The notes under the pieces: model-generated
Seen by the model: only the letters and a program-made list of their open reading frames with translations
Database searches by the model: none
What the model was told of the DNA's origin: nothing
Shown: positions 20,086 through 29,579 of the stretch, piece after piece
Position numbering within the stretch: the stretch's first letter is position 1
Layout of the letters: each line of letters opens with the position of its first letter
Position numbers and translations under genes: made by a program
DNA from: Candidatus Paceibacter sp.
Lineage (GTDB): Bacteria > Patescibacteriota > Minisyncoccia > Phycocordibacterales > GCA-2747955
DNA length: 64,000 nucleotides
NCBI GenBank assembly: GCA_014237915.1
Contig: JABACC010000013.1
Location: 64,568 to 128,567 of the forward strand
Reading direction: 5' to 3'

Positions 20086-21252
20086 TTAAAAAAAATTGAT
20101 AAGGTATTTAATTTTTAGGAAAATATTTTTATTTAAAATTTCCTGATTATCTGAAAAATCTTTCAAATCATTTTTTTTAAAAAACTTAATTCTGTTTTCA
20201 TCAAAAAGATTTAGGTCTCTTAAAATAAAATTTTCTTTATCATTTTCTGAATTTACAAAAACAGAAACTTTTTTAAAATCAATATTCTCACTTTCAAAAA
20301 AATCTTCTATTTTACTTTTTATTTGTTTTTCAAAAGCTTTAAAAATATGTTTAATTTTTTCTTGGGAAGAATTATTTATGGTTCCGGAAACATACATATT
20401 ATAAAGGCTTTTTGCTTCTTCTAAGTTTTTAGAAAAGCCAGAAGAAACCAATTCTCTTGCTAAAGTATTTTTTCCATGAGAAATGTTGCCGACAAAAACT
20501 ACTTTATTTTCAGAAAAATATCCAATTTCAATATCTTCTCCATAAAAATTTATAAAAACAAATTCCCCTTCTGGTTTGAAGATTAAATTTATATTTTCCA
20601 AAAAAGCTGGGGTCGAAGCTAAAGAAAATATTTTTTTTTGCATAAAATTTTTTTCTAAAATTCTTTCGAAATATTTTTTAGTTTCTTTTTCTGTTTTTGA
20701 ATTAAAAATAAAAGTTTTAATTTCTTTTATTTTTGCTGGAGGAATTTTTGAAATAGAAACTGGATAACCATTTATATTTAAATTATGAATTTTTTCGTTT
20801 AGAAAAATTTCACCTCTGTTTAAATTTTTAAATTCTTGAGATTGTAAACCTAGTTTTGCAAAATTTAAAAAATTTTTAAAAAACTTATTTGTTAAAGAAA
20901 AAGAAGAACTTTTTTCTGTTTTTATTATTTCATTTTTATAAAAAACAAATGGAGCTGAAAAAAATAAATAAATATTTTCTAAATCATCAAGAGAAAAAAA
21001 ATCTTTTGAATTTTTTTCAAGTTTCCCAATATAAGAAATAATTTCAGAAGAAATTTCATTTAATTTTTCTTCAGTTTCTTCTTTTAATTTTTCTTTATTT
21101 GGTTTATATTTTAAAAAAAGTTCTTTTTGAAAATTTTTTATAACATATGGATTTTTATTTTTTATTTCAAAAATAGCAGCACTAACTCCATTTGAACTTA
21201 TTTCAAAAATTAAATATTTTTTGTTTTCTCTGAGCGAAAAATTTTCTTTCAT
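20086..21252 (-). CDS. Hypothetical protein, possible degenerate FtsA/PilM-like actin fold
   Basis: LIFEISSNGVSAAI start; GKNTLAREL...EEAKSL pattern. Confidence 0.55.
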   Translation of the reverse strand: MKENFSLRENKKYLIFEISSNGVSAAIFEIKNKNPYVIKNFQKELFLKYKPNKEKLKEETEEKLNEISSEIISYIGKLEKNSKDFFSLDDLENIYLFFSAPFVFYKNEIIKTEKSSSFSLTNKFFKNFLNFAKLGLQSQEFKNLNRGEIFLNEKIHNLNINGYPVSISKIPPAKIKEIKTFIFNSKTEKETKKYFERILEKNFMQKKIFSLASTPAFLENINLIFKPEGEFVFINFYGEDIEIGYFSENKVVFVGNISHGKNTLARELVSSGFSKNLEEAKSLYNMYVSGTINNSSQEKIKHIFKAFEKQIKSKIEDFFESENIDFKKVSVFVNSENDKENFILRDLNLFDENRIKFFKKNDLKDFSDNQEILNKNIFLKIKYLINFF

Positions 21253-21283
21253 TTTTTTATTATATCAAAAAAGTAAAAAAATT

Positions 21284-21320
21284 TGTGGCAAGATTTTAGC
21301 GAAGCTAAAATCTTGCCACA
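21284..21320. repeat. Palindrome, 17-bp perfect arms (extends imperfectly to about 21268-21335), C-GAA-G loop
   Basis: tgtggcaagattttagc-GAA-gctaaaatcttgccaca. Confidence 0.93.
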
Positions 21321-21351
21321 TCTTTTTTACTTTTTAAAAAGCTCAGAAAAT

Positions 21352-22128
21352 TTAAATTTTAGTTAATATTTCTGGCCCGTTTTTAGTTATCAAAACAGTT
21401 TCTTCAAATTGAGAGCAAACTCCCCCGTCTTCGGTTTTAAATAAATATCCGTCTTTTTCTAATTTTATTTTCCAATCTTTTTGGCAAACAATCGGCTCAA
21501 TCGCCAAAAGCATTCCTTCTTTTAATTTTACAATTGGCACTCCTAAATTTTTTCCGTTTGGAATAAAAGGTTCTTGGTGAATGGCTCTTCCTACTCCGTG
21601 CCCTCCCAACTCTTTAACCGTGTCAAAGCCAAAAGATTTTGCTGTTTTTTCAGCTTCTTCTCCAATATTTTCTGTTATATTTCCGACAACCGCTTTTTCA
21701 ATGGCGTTTTGTGTTGCTTTTTTTGAAGCTTCTAAAATTTTTCCATATCCAAAAACATCTTTTCCAACAATCCAGCTTCTGCATAAATCGACAAATAAAT
21801 TTTTATATTCAATAACTATGTCGGCTGAAACCAAATCCCCCTCTTTTAATTTTCTTGAATTGTTTGTAGAAATTCCATGAGCCACTTCATCATTTATTGA
21901 AACGCAAACAGAAGAAGGAAAAGGAAAATCTGCCCCTCTTGGGGTGTAGCCAACTGTTGCAGGTTTTGCTCCAGCTTTTTTTATAAGTTCCAGAGTTTTC
22001 TCATCAAGCTTTGAAACTTCCATTCCAATTTGAGAAAATTTTTCAAGATCAAAAATAATTTGAGCCAGTTTTTTCCCAGCTTCTTTTAAAGTTTTTATTT
22101 CTTCCTCGTTTGTGAAAATATTTTGCAT
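21352..22128 (-). CDS. map: Methionine aminopeptidase type I
   Basis: CVSINDEVAHG, GGHGVGRAIHQEP, AIEP, FEETV. Confidence 0.96.
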   Translation of the reverse strand: MQNIFTNEEEIKTLKEAGKKLAQIIFDLEKFSQIGMEVSKLDEKTLELIKKAGAKPATVGYTPRGADFPFPSSVCVSINDEVAHGISTNNSRKLKEGDLVSADIVIEYKNLFVDLCRSWIVGKDVFGYGKILEASKKATQNAIEKAVVGNITENIGEEAEKTAKSFGFDTVKELGGHGVGRAIHQEPFIPNGKNLGVPIVKLKEGMLLAIEPIVCQKDWKIKLEKDGYLFKTEDGGVCSQFEETVLITKNGPEILTKI

Positions 22129-22137
22129 AAAATATTT

Positions 22138-22737
22138 TTATAAATTTAAAGCTTCTTTAATTTTTTCAAAAATCTCTTCTTCTTTTCCTATTCCATTTAT
22201 TTTGTGGAAATTATAAAAATCAGAATTTTCTTCAAAATAATTTAAAACAGGAATTACCTCTGTTTGAAAAAATTCTAATCTATTTTTTATTTTCTCATCA
22301 GAAGAATCATCTTTTCTATTTGTTTCTCTTTTTTTAATTCTTGAAATAACTTCTTCGTCGGAAATATCTAAATAAACCACATCTGCTTTTTCAATTTTTA
22401 AAAATTTAAACATTTCGTCCATGGCTTCGGCTTCCAATATTTTCCGTGGAGAGCCATCAATAATTAAATTTTTCTCTGGGTGGTAAACTTTATGTAAAAA
22501 AGTAGACCAAACGGTGGTGGCCACAACTTCAGGAACCAAATTTCCAGATTCTTGAACTTTTTTTATCAAGCCAGCCACATATCCAGTTTCTTGCGAAATT
22601 TTTCTAAGGCCCGCTCCAATTGATAAAAAAACTAGTTCTTCATTTTTTTGGGCAAAATGATTTTTTAAAAATTTTATTTGAGTGCCTTTTCCTGAAGCTG
22701 ATTTTCCAAGAAAAATTAAATTTCTTTTTTTATTCAT
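22138..22737 (-). CDS. adk: Adenylate kinase family nucleoside monophosphate kinase
   Basis: GKSASGKGTQ, GNLVP, DGSPR, RKDD. Confidence 0.88.
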   Translation of the reverse strand: MNKKRNLIFLGKSASGKGTQIKFLKNHFAQKNEELVFLSIGAGLRKISQETGYVAGLIKKVQESGNLVPEVVATTVWSTFLHKVYHPEKNLIIDGSPRKILEAEAMDEMFKFLKIEKADVVYLDISDEEVISRIKKRETNRKDDSSDEKIKNRLEFFQTEVIPVLNYFEENSDFYNFHKINGIGKEEEIFEKIKEALNL

Positions 22738-22789
22738 ACAAAAATTATAGCATTTTATAAAAATTTTCTGAGTTAATTTTTAAAATTTT

Positions 22790-23344
22790 TTACTTTTTAT
22801 TTTTACTTATTTTTTCAGGAACGGGTAAACCTAATTCTTCAAAAGTTATTTTGTTAAAATAATATTTACATTCAACACTTATTATATAATCAAGAACATC
22901 CTTGTATTTTTCTTTTCTAAACCAATCATTAAGTATATAAACATACTCGACTTTATAATTTAATTTTAAGAATATTTTTTGATATTGCTTTTTTTTAAAA
23001 TCACAAGTTTGTAATTTTTCATCAACAGACCCTTCTACTTCTTGATACTTAACTTCCAAAATAAAAATTGTATTTTCTTTAATTACATAAATTACATCAT
23101 CTGGTAACAATTTTTTAGAAATTATTTTTCTCCAATCAATGTTTTTAGCTTCTAAGAATTTATATAATTCATGTTTCCTAAAAGAATAAGCCACTGTCTT
23201 ATTATTAAAATTTATTTTATGACCAATAGTATCTTTTTTAGTAGTATATCCTTCTTTTTTGTCTAAAAAAACTAATATATCTACTTCTTTTTCAAACTCT
23301 ATTCCTGTTACAGTATTTCCTCCCCCTATTCCATTTTTTTTCAT
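22790..23344 (-). CDS. Putative type II restriction endonuclease (PD-(D/E)XK)
   Basis: LLPDD...ILEVKYQ...GSVDEKL; directly downstream of the MTase. Confidence 0.8.
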   Translation of the reverse strand: MKKNGIGGGNTVTGIEFEKEVDILVFLDKKEGYTTKKDTIGHKINFNNKTVAYSFRKHELYKFLEAKNIDWRKIISKKLLPDDVIYVIKENTIFILEVKYQEVEGSVDEKLQTCDFKKKQYQKIFLKLNYKVEYVYILNDWFRKEKYKDVLDYIISVECKYYFNKITFEELGLPVPEKISKNKK

Positions 23345-23347
23345 ATT

Positions 23348-24193
23348 TTAATTTTTAACTAAATTTTTACCCGTATAGAAACTTGAAAAAACTTTAGATG
23401 TTTTTTTATTTTTTTGCAAATCTTCAAATCTCTTTATCGATAAATCTAGAAATTCTTTTTCTTTATCTATTCCAATAAATTTTCTTCCATATAGGTTTGC
23501 AATTATCCCAGTTGTGGAACTTCCCGTAAAAGGATCTAGTACAACATCTCCTTTGTTTGTACTAGACAGGACAATTCTTTTTAATAGATTTTCCGGTTTC
23601 TGTGTCGGGTGTTTACCAAATTTTTTTTCAATAGGTTTAGGTGTTGCCATAGACCAAACTGATCTCATCTGTAAATTTGGTTTTTTAATTTGATCTTCAG
23701 GCCAATCTCCGTTTTTCATTAAATCATAATTAAAGGTATGTTTGCCTTTCTTGTCTTTTCTTGCCCACACAAGTGTTTCATGACTTGCGGTAAAAAACCT
23801 GCAACTTAAATTAGGTGAGGCGTTCGGTTTAAACCAAGATACGTCATTTAAAATATGGAATTTATTTACCTGTAGCGCAAACCCACATTGGTAAATCGAG
23901 TGATAGGTTCCGCTTATCCAAATTGTTCCGTTTGGCTTTAAAACTCTCCTGCAAGCTTCTATCCAGGAAAGGTGGAAGTTAAAGTCTTCCTTAAGCCCGG
24001 AGCTCTTATCCCAATTTCCTTTGTCTACACTAACTCTTTTTCCCGACTGAACAGAAAAACCACCATTTGAGAGATTATATGGAGGATCTGCAAAAATCAT
24101 GTCAATTGAATTTTCTGGCAAAGAACTTAAAACTTCCAAGCAGTCATTTTGATAAAGTGAAAAATTTCTTTTTTTATAATAAACTTTTTTCAT
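23348..24193 (-). CDS. Beta-class N6A/N4C DNA methyltransferase (DpnA-like)
   Basis: IFADPPY near the N-terminus, HPTQKP, DPFTGSSTT near the C-terminus. Confidence 0.93.
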   Translation of the reverse strand: MKKVYYKKRNFSLYQNDCLEVLSSLPENSIDMIFADPPYNLSNGGFSVQSGKRVSVDKGNWDKSSGLKEDFNFHLSWIEACRRVLKPNGTIWISGTYHSIYQCGFALQVNKFHILNDVSWFKPNASPNLSCRFFTASHETLVWARKDKKGKHTFNYDLMKNGDWPEDQIKKPNLQMRSVWSMATPKPIEKKFGKHPTQKPENLLKRIVLSSTNKGDVVLDPFTGSSTTGIIANLYGRKFIGIDKEKEFLDLSIKRFEDLQKNKKTSKVFSSFYTGKNLVKN

Positions 24194-24244
24194 AGAAATA
24201 TTTTAGCAAAAATAATTTTTTATACCAAATCATGAATTTGTTTT

Positions 24245-24275
24245 GAGTGGGAAATTGCGGAGCAATTTCCCACTC
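24245..24275. repeat. Palindrome, 14-bp arms, C-GGA-G loop
   Basis: gagtgggaaattgc-GGA-gcaatttcccactc. Confidence 0.92.
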
Positions 24276-24276
24276 G

Positions 24277-24340
24277 AAAAAATTTTAAAAAATAAAAAGT
24301 GCGCACCGAAGGTGCGCACTTTTATTTTTTAAAATTTTTT
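24277..24340. repeat. Palindrome, about 30-bp arms with one 1-nt bulge, C-GAA-G loop
   Basis: Core aaaagtgcgcacc-GAA-ggtgcgcactttt; adjacent to the previous palindrome. Confidence 0.92.
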
Positions 24341-24379
24341 ACTTTTTATTTTTTATTTTTATATTTTAAAATCTAAATT

Positions 24380-25354
24380 TTAAGAATTAACTTCATCTAA
24401 AATTTTTTTAAGTTTCTCGGAAAAAATTTTTATTTGCTCATCATCAATTACCGAAACCACAAAAACTTCTTTTGAAATTTTTAAAAATTCTTTTTTTGTT
24501 TTTTCAATTTTTTCTTCACCCGCCAAATCTGATTTAGACAAAATTATAATTTCTCTTTTTTCTAAAAGCTCTGGAGAATATTTTTCAAGCTCTTTACGAA
24601 TTTTTTTATACTCCCCCAACATATCTTCATATTCAAAAGAAACAAGATGCGCCAAAATTTTTGTTCTTTTTATATGCCTTAAAAATTTGTGCCCTAAACC
24701 TTTTCCTTCTGAGGCGCCTTCAATCAGCCCCGGAATATCAGCCAAAATATATCCGTAAAAATCTCCAAGAGCTGGCTCTAAAGTTGTAAAAGGATAATTT
24801 CCAACTTTTGATTTTGCTTTTGTAATTTCATTTAAAAGTGAAGATTTTCCAGCAGAAGGAACACCAATAAAACCTAAATCAACCAAAAGCTCAAGTTCAA
24901 TTAAAAAATTTCCTTCTTCACCAATTTTTCCATCTGTTTGCTCCATAGGAGTTGTGTTTGTGGAAGATTTAAAATGTTCGTTTCCAAAACCGCCCATTCC
25001 ACCTTTTAAAACCAAAACTTCCTCCCCTTCTTTCAAAAGTGAAAAAACATCTCCTGTTTCTAAATTTGTAATTTTTGATCCAATAGGAACTTTAATAAAA
25101 AAATCTTCACCATTTTTCCCCTCTTTTGATTCTCTTCTTCCGTCTCCTCCTTTTTCTGCAGAAAATTTTGGATTGGATTTATAATTTATTAAAATTGATA
25201 AATCTCTCACTGCTTTAAAATAAATATCTCCACCAACTCCACCGTCTCCACCCGCTGGCCCACCTTTTGGTAAAAATTTTAACCTAAGCCAAGAAACGAT
25301 TCCATTTCCTCCATTCCCTGCTTTTGCATAAATTTTAATTTCATCTACAAACAT
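24380..25354 (-). CDS. obgE: GTPase ObgE/CgtA
   Basis: MFVDE, GGPAGGDGG, GVPSAGKS, YPFTT, DIPGLIEGA. Confidence 0.97.
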   Translation of the reverse strand: MFVDEIKIYAKAGNGGNGIVSWLRLKFLPKGGPAGGDGGVGGDIYFKAVRDLSILINYKSNPKFSAEKGGDGRRESKEGKNGEDFFIKVPIGSKITNLETGDVFSLLKEGEEVLVLKGGMGGFGNEHFKSSTNTTPMEQTDGKIGEEGNFLIELELLVDLGFIGVPSAGKSSLLNEITKAKSKVGNYPFTTLEPALGDFYGYILADIPGLIEGASEGKGLGHKFLRHIKRTKILAHLVSFEYEDMLGEYKKIRKELEKYSPELLEKREIIILSKSDLAGEEKIEKTKKEFLKISKEVFVVSVIDDEQIKIFSEKLKKILDEVNS

Positions 25355-25408
25355 TTAATATTTTTTATTTTTTCTATTTTAGCATTATTATTATTTTTTT
25401 ATAAAACA

Positions 25409-25433
25409 AAAACAGCTCCAAAGGAGCCGTTTT
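25409..25433 (-). terminator. Terminator after DoxX gene
   Basis: Minus-strand stem with a G-U pair and a U-tail. Confidence 0.6.
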
Positions 25434-25466
25434 ATTTACTAAAAATAAAATTTTTATTTTTTATTT

Positions 25467-25919
25467 TTAATGTGAATGATTTTCGTGTTTGTGTTCGTGA
25501 TTATTTTCTTCTTTTTTTCCTCTACAAAGCTTGCTATTGCAAGAAGCCATTACAACCAAAAGCCCGCCAAATATTGCGATATTTTTTAGAAGGTGTGGCA
25601 TGTTGTTTGGATTTGAAAAATCCAAGTGAAAAACCAAAGTAACCAAAAGAATAAAAATAGCAAGCCCTGCTGCTCCCCAACAAGCCATTCTGTTAAAAAT
25701 AACTTTAAGAGACATTACTACTAAAAAAATTATCACAATCCAAGTAACAATCATCTCTCCTGGAATTCCAGCTGCTGCCAACTGTTCAGCTGATTTTGCT
25801 GGATTCATTATTTTTTCAACAGCTAAAACTAGAAAAAATAATCCCATAATAACTCTTCCGATTTGAGCCCAATTAAGACCCCAACATCTGCAAACACAAG
25901 TTCCATTTTTCATTTTCAT
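25467..25919 (-). CDS. DoxX family membrane protein
   Basis: IGRVIMGLFF...LKNIAIFGGLL; Cys-rich ends, His-rich tail. Confidence 0.85.
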   Translation of the reverse strand: MKMKNGTCVCRCWGLNWAQIGRVIMGLFFLVLAVEKIMNPAKSAEQLAAAGIPGEMIVTWIVIIFLVVMSLKVIFNRMACWGAAGLAIFILLVTLVFHLDFSNPNNMPHLLKNIAIFGGLLVVMASCNSKLCRGKKEENNHEHKHENHSH

Positions 25920-26050
25920 AATATTTTAAATTAAACTAAAACTAATAAATTACTAAATTAAAAAATATTTAGTAATTTAATAATATACCTTTTTTCTCTT
26001 TCCTACAAATCACTTATCCACTCAAATTTTTTTATGTTAAAATTCTTTTT

Positions 26051-28162
26051 ATGAAAAAAAAATATACAGAGCCGTACAGGCCAGAAAAATATGAAGAACA
26101 AATTTATAAATCTTGGGAAGATTCTGGATTTTTTAATCCTGACAATTTACCAGATTTAAAAAATGGCCAAAAAAGAAAGGAAAATTTTTCAACAATAATG
26201 CCTCCTCCAAATGCCACAGGAAGATTACACGCAGGCCACGGAACAGATATGACCTTAAAAGATATTTTAACCAGATATCACAGAATGACTGGAAAAAAAA
26301 CTTTATTTTTACCCGGTTCTGATCACGCTGGTTTTGAAGCTCAAGAAACTTACGAGCGCAAAATTTCCAAAGAAGGAAAAAGTCGTTTTAAAATGGAAAG
26401 AGAAGAATTTTATAATGGAATTTATGATTTTGTAATGGAAAATAAAAAAAATTCTGAAAATGACATTAAAAAACTTGGAACTTCTTGCGACTGGTCTCGA
26501 AATACTTTTACCCTTGATCCGCAAATTGTTTCAAAAGTTTGTGATACTTTTATAAAAATGTATGCTGATGATTTGGTTTACAGAGGAAAAAGATGCATTC
26601 ATTGGAATCCAAAATTTCAAACTTCCCTCTCAGATATTGAAACAAAATTTGAAGATAGAAAAGATAAATTTTATTATTTTAAATATGGACCTTTTGTAAT
26701 TGGAACGGCTCGGCCAGAGACAAAATTTTCAGATAAATACATTGTCGTTCACCCAGATGACGAGCGATATAAAAAATATTCTCATATGCAAGAATTTGAA
26801 GTTGAATGGATAAATGGACCTATAAAAGCAACTTTACTAAAAGATGAAGTGGCTGACATGGAAATGGGTTCAGGAGCTATGACAATTACCCCTTGGCATT
26901 CTCAGGTTGATTTTGAGCTTGCTCAAAAATATAATCTTGAAATAGAACAAATTATAGACTGGAACGGAAAACTTTTGCCAGTTGCAGAAGAATTTGCGGG
27001 AATGAAAATTTTGGAAGCTCGAGAAAAAATTGTAGAAAAATTAGAAAAAAAAGGTCTTTTAGAAAAAATAGACGAAAATTACCAGCACAATGTGAGGCTT
27101 TGCGAGCGAACAAATGTTGTTGTTGAGCCCCAAATAAAAGATCAATGGTTTGTAAAAATGGAAGATTTTGCTAAAAAAAATCTTAAAGCTCTTGATGAAA
27201 AAAAAGTTAGAATTTTAACACCAGAGCAAGAAAAACAATTTCGTCATTGGATGGAAAACCCGATTGATTGGAATATTTCACGGCAAATTGTTTGGGGAAT
27301 TCAAATTCCAGCTTGGTTTAATGGTAGCGAAATAAAAATTCAAAAAGAAAATCCGGGAGATGGCTGGGTGCAAGACTCGGACACTTTTGATACTTGGTTT
27401 TCCTCTGGGCAGTGGCCTCTTTTAACTTTGGGTTTTCCAGACGGATCTGATATGGAATATTACCCCACGACTCTAATGGAAACTGGAAAAGATCTTGTTT
27501 TTAAATGGGTTCCAAGAATGTTGATGTTTGGGCTTTATTTAGACGGAAGAGTTCCTTTTAAAGATATTTATTTTCATGGAATGGTTTTAGATAAAAATGG
27601 AAAAAAAATGTCAAAATCAAAAGGAAATGTTCTCTCCCCTGTTGATTTGGCGGAAGAATTTGGAACAGATGCTACCCGAATGTCTTTTGTGGTAGCTAAT
27701 CCTCCCGGATCTGATATGCCACTTTCTCGAGAAAAAGTTTTGGCTTACAAAAAATTTGCAAACAAACTTTGGAATATAGCAAGATTTATTTATTCAAATA
27801 CAGAAAATTTTGATTATCAAAATTTTGATGAAAATTCTTTAGAAGATTATCAAAAAGAAAAAATTTCAGAATTGGAAAATTTCAAAAAAGAATATCAAAA
27901 AGAAATTGAAGATTATAAAATTTATTTAGTGGCTGAAAAAGTTTATCATTATATTTGGCACGAAGTGGCTGATAAAATTATTGAAGAAGTGAAAGATTCT
28001 GTTTTTTCTGATGAAAAAAATAAAAATAATCAGTTTTTACTTTTAAAAATTTTAGAAGAATCTCTAAAAATGCTTCATCCTTTTATGCCTTTTATCACGG
28101 AAGAGGTTTGGAAAGATTTTCCAAAAGAAAATAAAAATTTGTTAATGGTGGAAGAGTTTTAA
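26051..28162 (+). CDS. valS: Valine--tRNA ligase (short form)
   Basis: PPPNATGRLHAGH, DWNISRQ, DTWFSS, KMSKS, LHPFMPFITEE. Confidence 0.96.
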   Translation: MKKKYTEPYRPEKYEEQIYKSWEDSGFFNPDNLPDLKNGQKRKENFSTIMPPPNATGRLHAGHGTDMTLKDILTRYHRMTGKKTLFLPGSDHAGFEAQETYERKISKEGKSRFKMEREEFYNGIYDFVMENKKNSENDIKKLGTSCDWSRNTFTLDPQIVSKVCDTFIKMYADDLVYRGKRCIHWNPKFQTSLSDIETKFEDRKDKFYYFKYGPFVIGTARPETKFSDKYIVVHPDDERYKKYSHMQEFEVEWINGPIKATLLKDEVADMEMGSGAMTITPWHSQVDFELAQKYNLEIEQIIDWNGKLLPVAEEFAGMKILEAREKIVEKLEKKGLLEKIDENYQHNVRLCERTNVVVEPQIKDQWFVKMEDFAKKNLKALDEKKVRILTPEQEKQFRHWMENPIDWNISRQIVWGIQIPAWFNGSEIKIQKENPGDGWVQDSDTFDTWFSSGQWPLLTLGFPDGSDMEYYPTTLMETGKDLVFKWVPRMLMFGLYLDGRVPFKDIYFHGMVLDKNGKKMSKSKGNVLSPVDLAEEFGTDATRMSFVVANPPGSDMPLSREKVLAYKKFANKLWNIARFIYSNTENFDYQNFDENSLEDYQKEKISELENFKKEYQKEIEDYKIYLVAEKVYHYIWHEVADKIIEEVKDSVFSDEKNKNNQFLLLKILEESLKMLHPFMPFITEEVWKDFPKENKNLLMVEEF

Positions 28163-28843
28163 GATTTTTTTTCTTCTTTCTTCATTTCTCTTGTTTACTT
28201 TATTTTCAATTTCAGAAAGATTAACTCTTTCTATAACAGAAAGTTTGGAGGCTCTTCCCCACTTATTGTTGCCGTCCTGTCCGTGAGAGCTTTCATCTCC
28301 TTTTTCAGATCTGATTAAATATAAAAAATTTCCACTATTTGGACCTATGTATCTACTCATGTAGTCATCTGAATAATAGGCTTTAGGATGATTATCGTCT
28401 CGTTCATCTTTTGCTAAACCATCTATATCCCAAATTTCTTTACCTGTATTATCTTCTTTAGGATTTATTTCAGATTTTGATAAATGGTAACCAATATCCC
28501 AATTATTTTTGATAGCTTGAGCTAATAAAAATTCTACAAAATCTTCTTCTGTTTTTTCGTCATTGTCAATTTTTTCTTTCCAAACCCTAAGTAAATTTTT
28601 TCTAATTTCAAAAGGATAAGACAGAATCCTTTTTCTATCTTCAACGATGTATTTTAAAATTTTTTCTCTTATTTTTTTTATTGAATCCTCATTAAAATAA
28701 ACTTCATAAGCCTCATCTTCTAGTTTTTTAGTGATTTCATTACAAACCTCTTCAGCAAAAAGTAAATTTCTTATTCTTTCATTTTCTTTTTCTTTTTCTT
28801 TATCGTTTTTAGAAAAATAAAAAGTTTTATTAAAATTTTCCAT
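28142..28843 (-). CDS. Hypothetical protein
   Basis: 233-aa ORF overlapping the valS 3' end by 21 bp. Confidence 0.75.
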   Translation of the reverse strand: MENFNKTFYFSKNDKEKEKENERIRNLLFAEEVCNEITKKLEDEAYEVYFNEDSIKKIREKILKYIVEDRKRILSYPFEIRKNLLRVWKEKIDNDEKTEEDFVEFLLAQAIKNNWDIGYHLSKSEINPKEDNTGKEIWDIDGLAKDERDDNHPKAYYSDDYMSRYIGPNSGNFLYLIRSEKGDESSHGQDGNNKWGRASKLSVIERVNLSEIENKVNKRNEERRKKILKLFHH

Positions 28844-28857
28844 AATCTTATTATATA

Positions 28858-29577
28858 CTAAACATTTATTTTGTCAATAAAAAATCCTCTTTTTTTATTG
28901 AATAAAAAAGAAATTTCCATATACGAATTTATTTTAAAAGTCTTAAAAATATCTAAAATTTCTTCGTAAACTTTATCTCTATCTTCTTGACTCAAATCAT
29001 TTAATTTTTCTTTTGGAATAATATTTGTTTCTCCAAAAATATCTTTATAAATTAAATAAGAAAAAATATTCCCTTCTACTTTTTCTTCGAGGAAAAAATC
29101 TTTTTTATCTTCTGAATTTAAGATTTTTTCGACTCCTTTTAAATCTTCAGGTTTTTCGATTTCAAAAAGCTTATTTTTTTTGAAATTTTTCAAAACTGAA
29201 GGTTGTGGAAAATTTTTCCAAATATCTAAAAAATTTTCTCCATCTTTAAATTCCAAAAAAGGTAAAACTCTGAAACTATTTTTACTTAAAAAATTTTTAC
29301 TATTTACAACACTTCCAAAAACTAATTTATTCATCAACGAATTTGAAATTTTCTTTTCTTCTTTTGTTGTTAAGCTGATTTTTTCTAAATTTTTATCAAA
29401 TAAAGTATTAAAAAAAACATAATTCGAATTTAAAATTTCTTCCTCTATTTTTTGGTAATCTTGAAAATTTTTTATTTTTTTGATTTCAAAATCAGTATTT
29501 ACTAAAATTTTTGAAATTAAATCTTTAATTTTTTCAAAATCTTTTTCTTTTTCTCCAATTATTAAAACTTTTTCCAT
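28858..29577 (-). CDS. Degenerate ATP-grasp (Ddl-like) protein
   Basis: LMNK..SKNFL, FPQPSVLK, FFLEEKVEG, FFIDKIN trace the ATP-grasp layout. Confidence 0.5.
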   Translation of the reverse strand: MEKVLIIGEKEKDFEKIKDLISKILVNTDFEIKKIKNFQDYQKIEEEILNSNYVFFNTLFDKNLEKISLTTKEEKKISNSLMNKLVFGSVVNSKNFLSKNSFRVLPFLEFKDGENFLDIWKNFPQPSVLKNFKKNKLFEIEKPEDLKGVEKILNSEDKKDFFLEEKVEGNIFSYLIYKDIFGETNIIPKEKLNDLSQEDRDKVYEEILDIFKTFKINSYMEISFLFNKKRGFFIDKINV

Positions 29578-29579
29578 AA

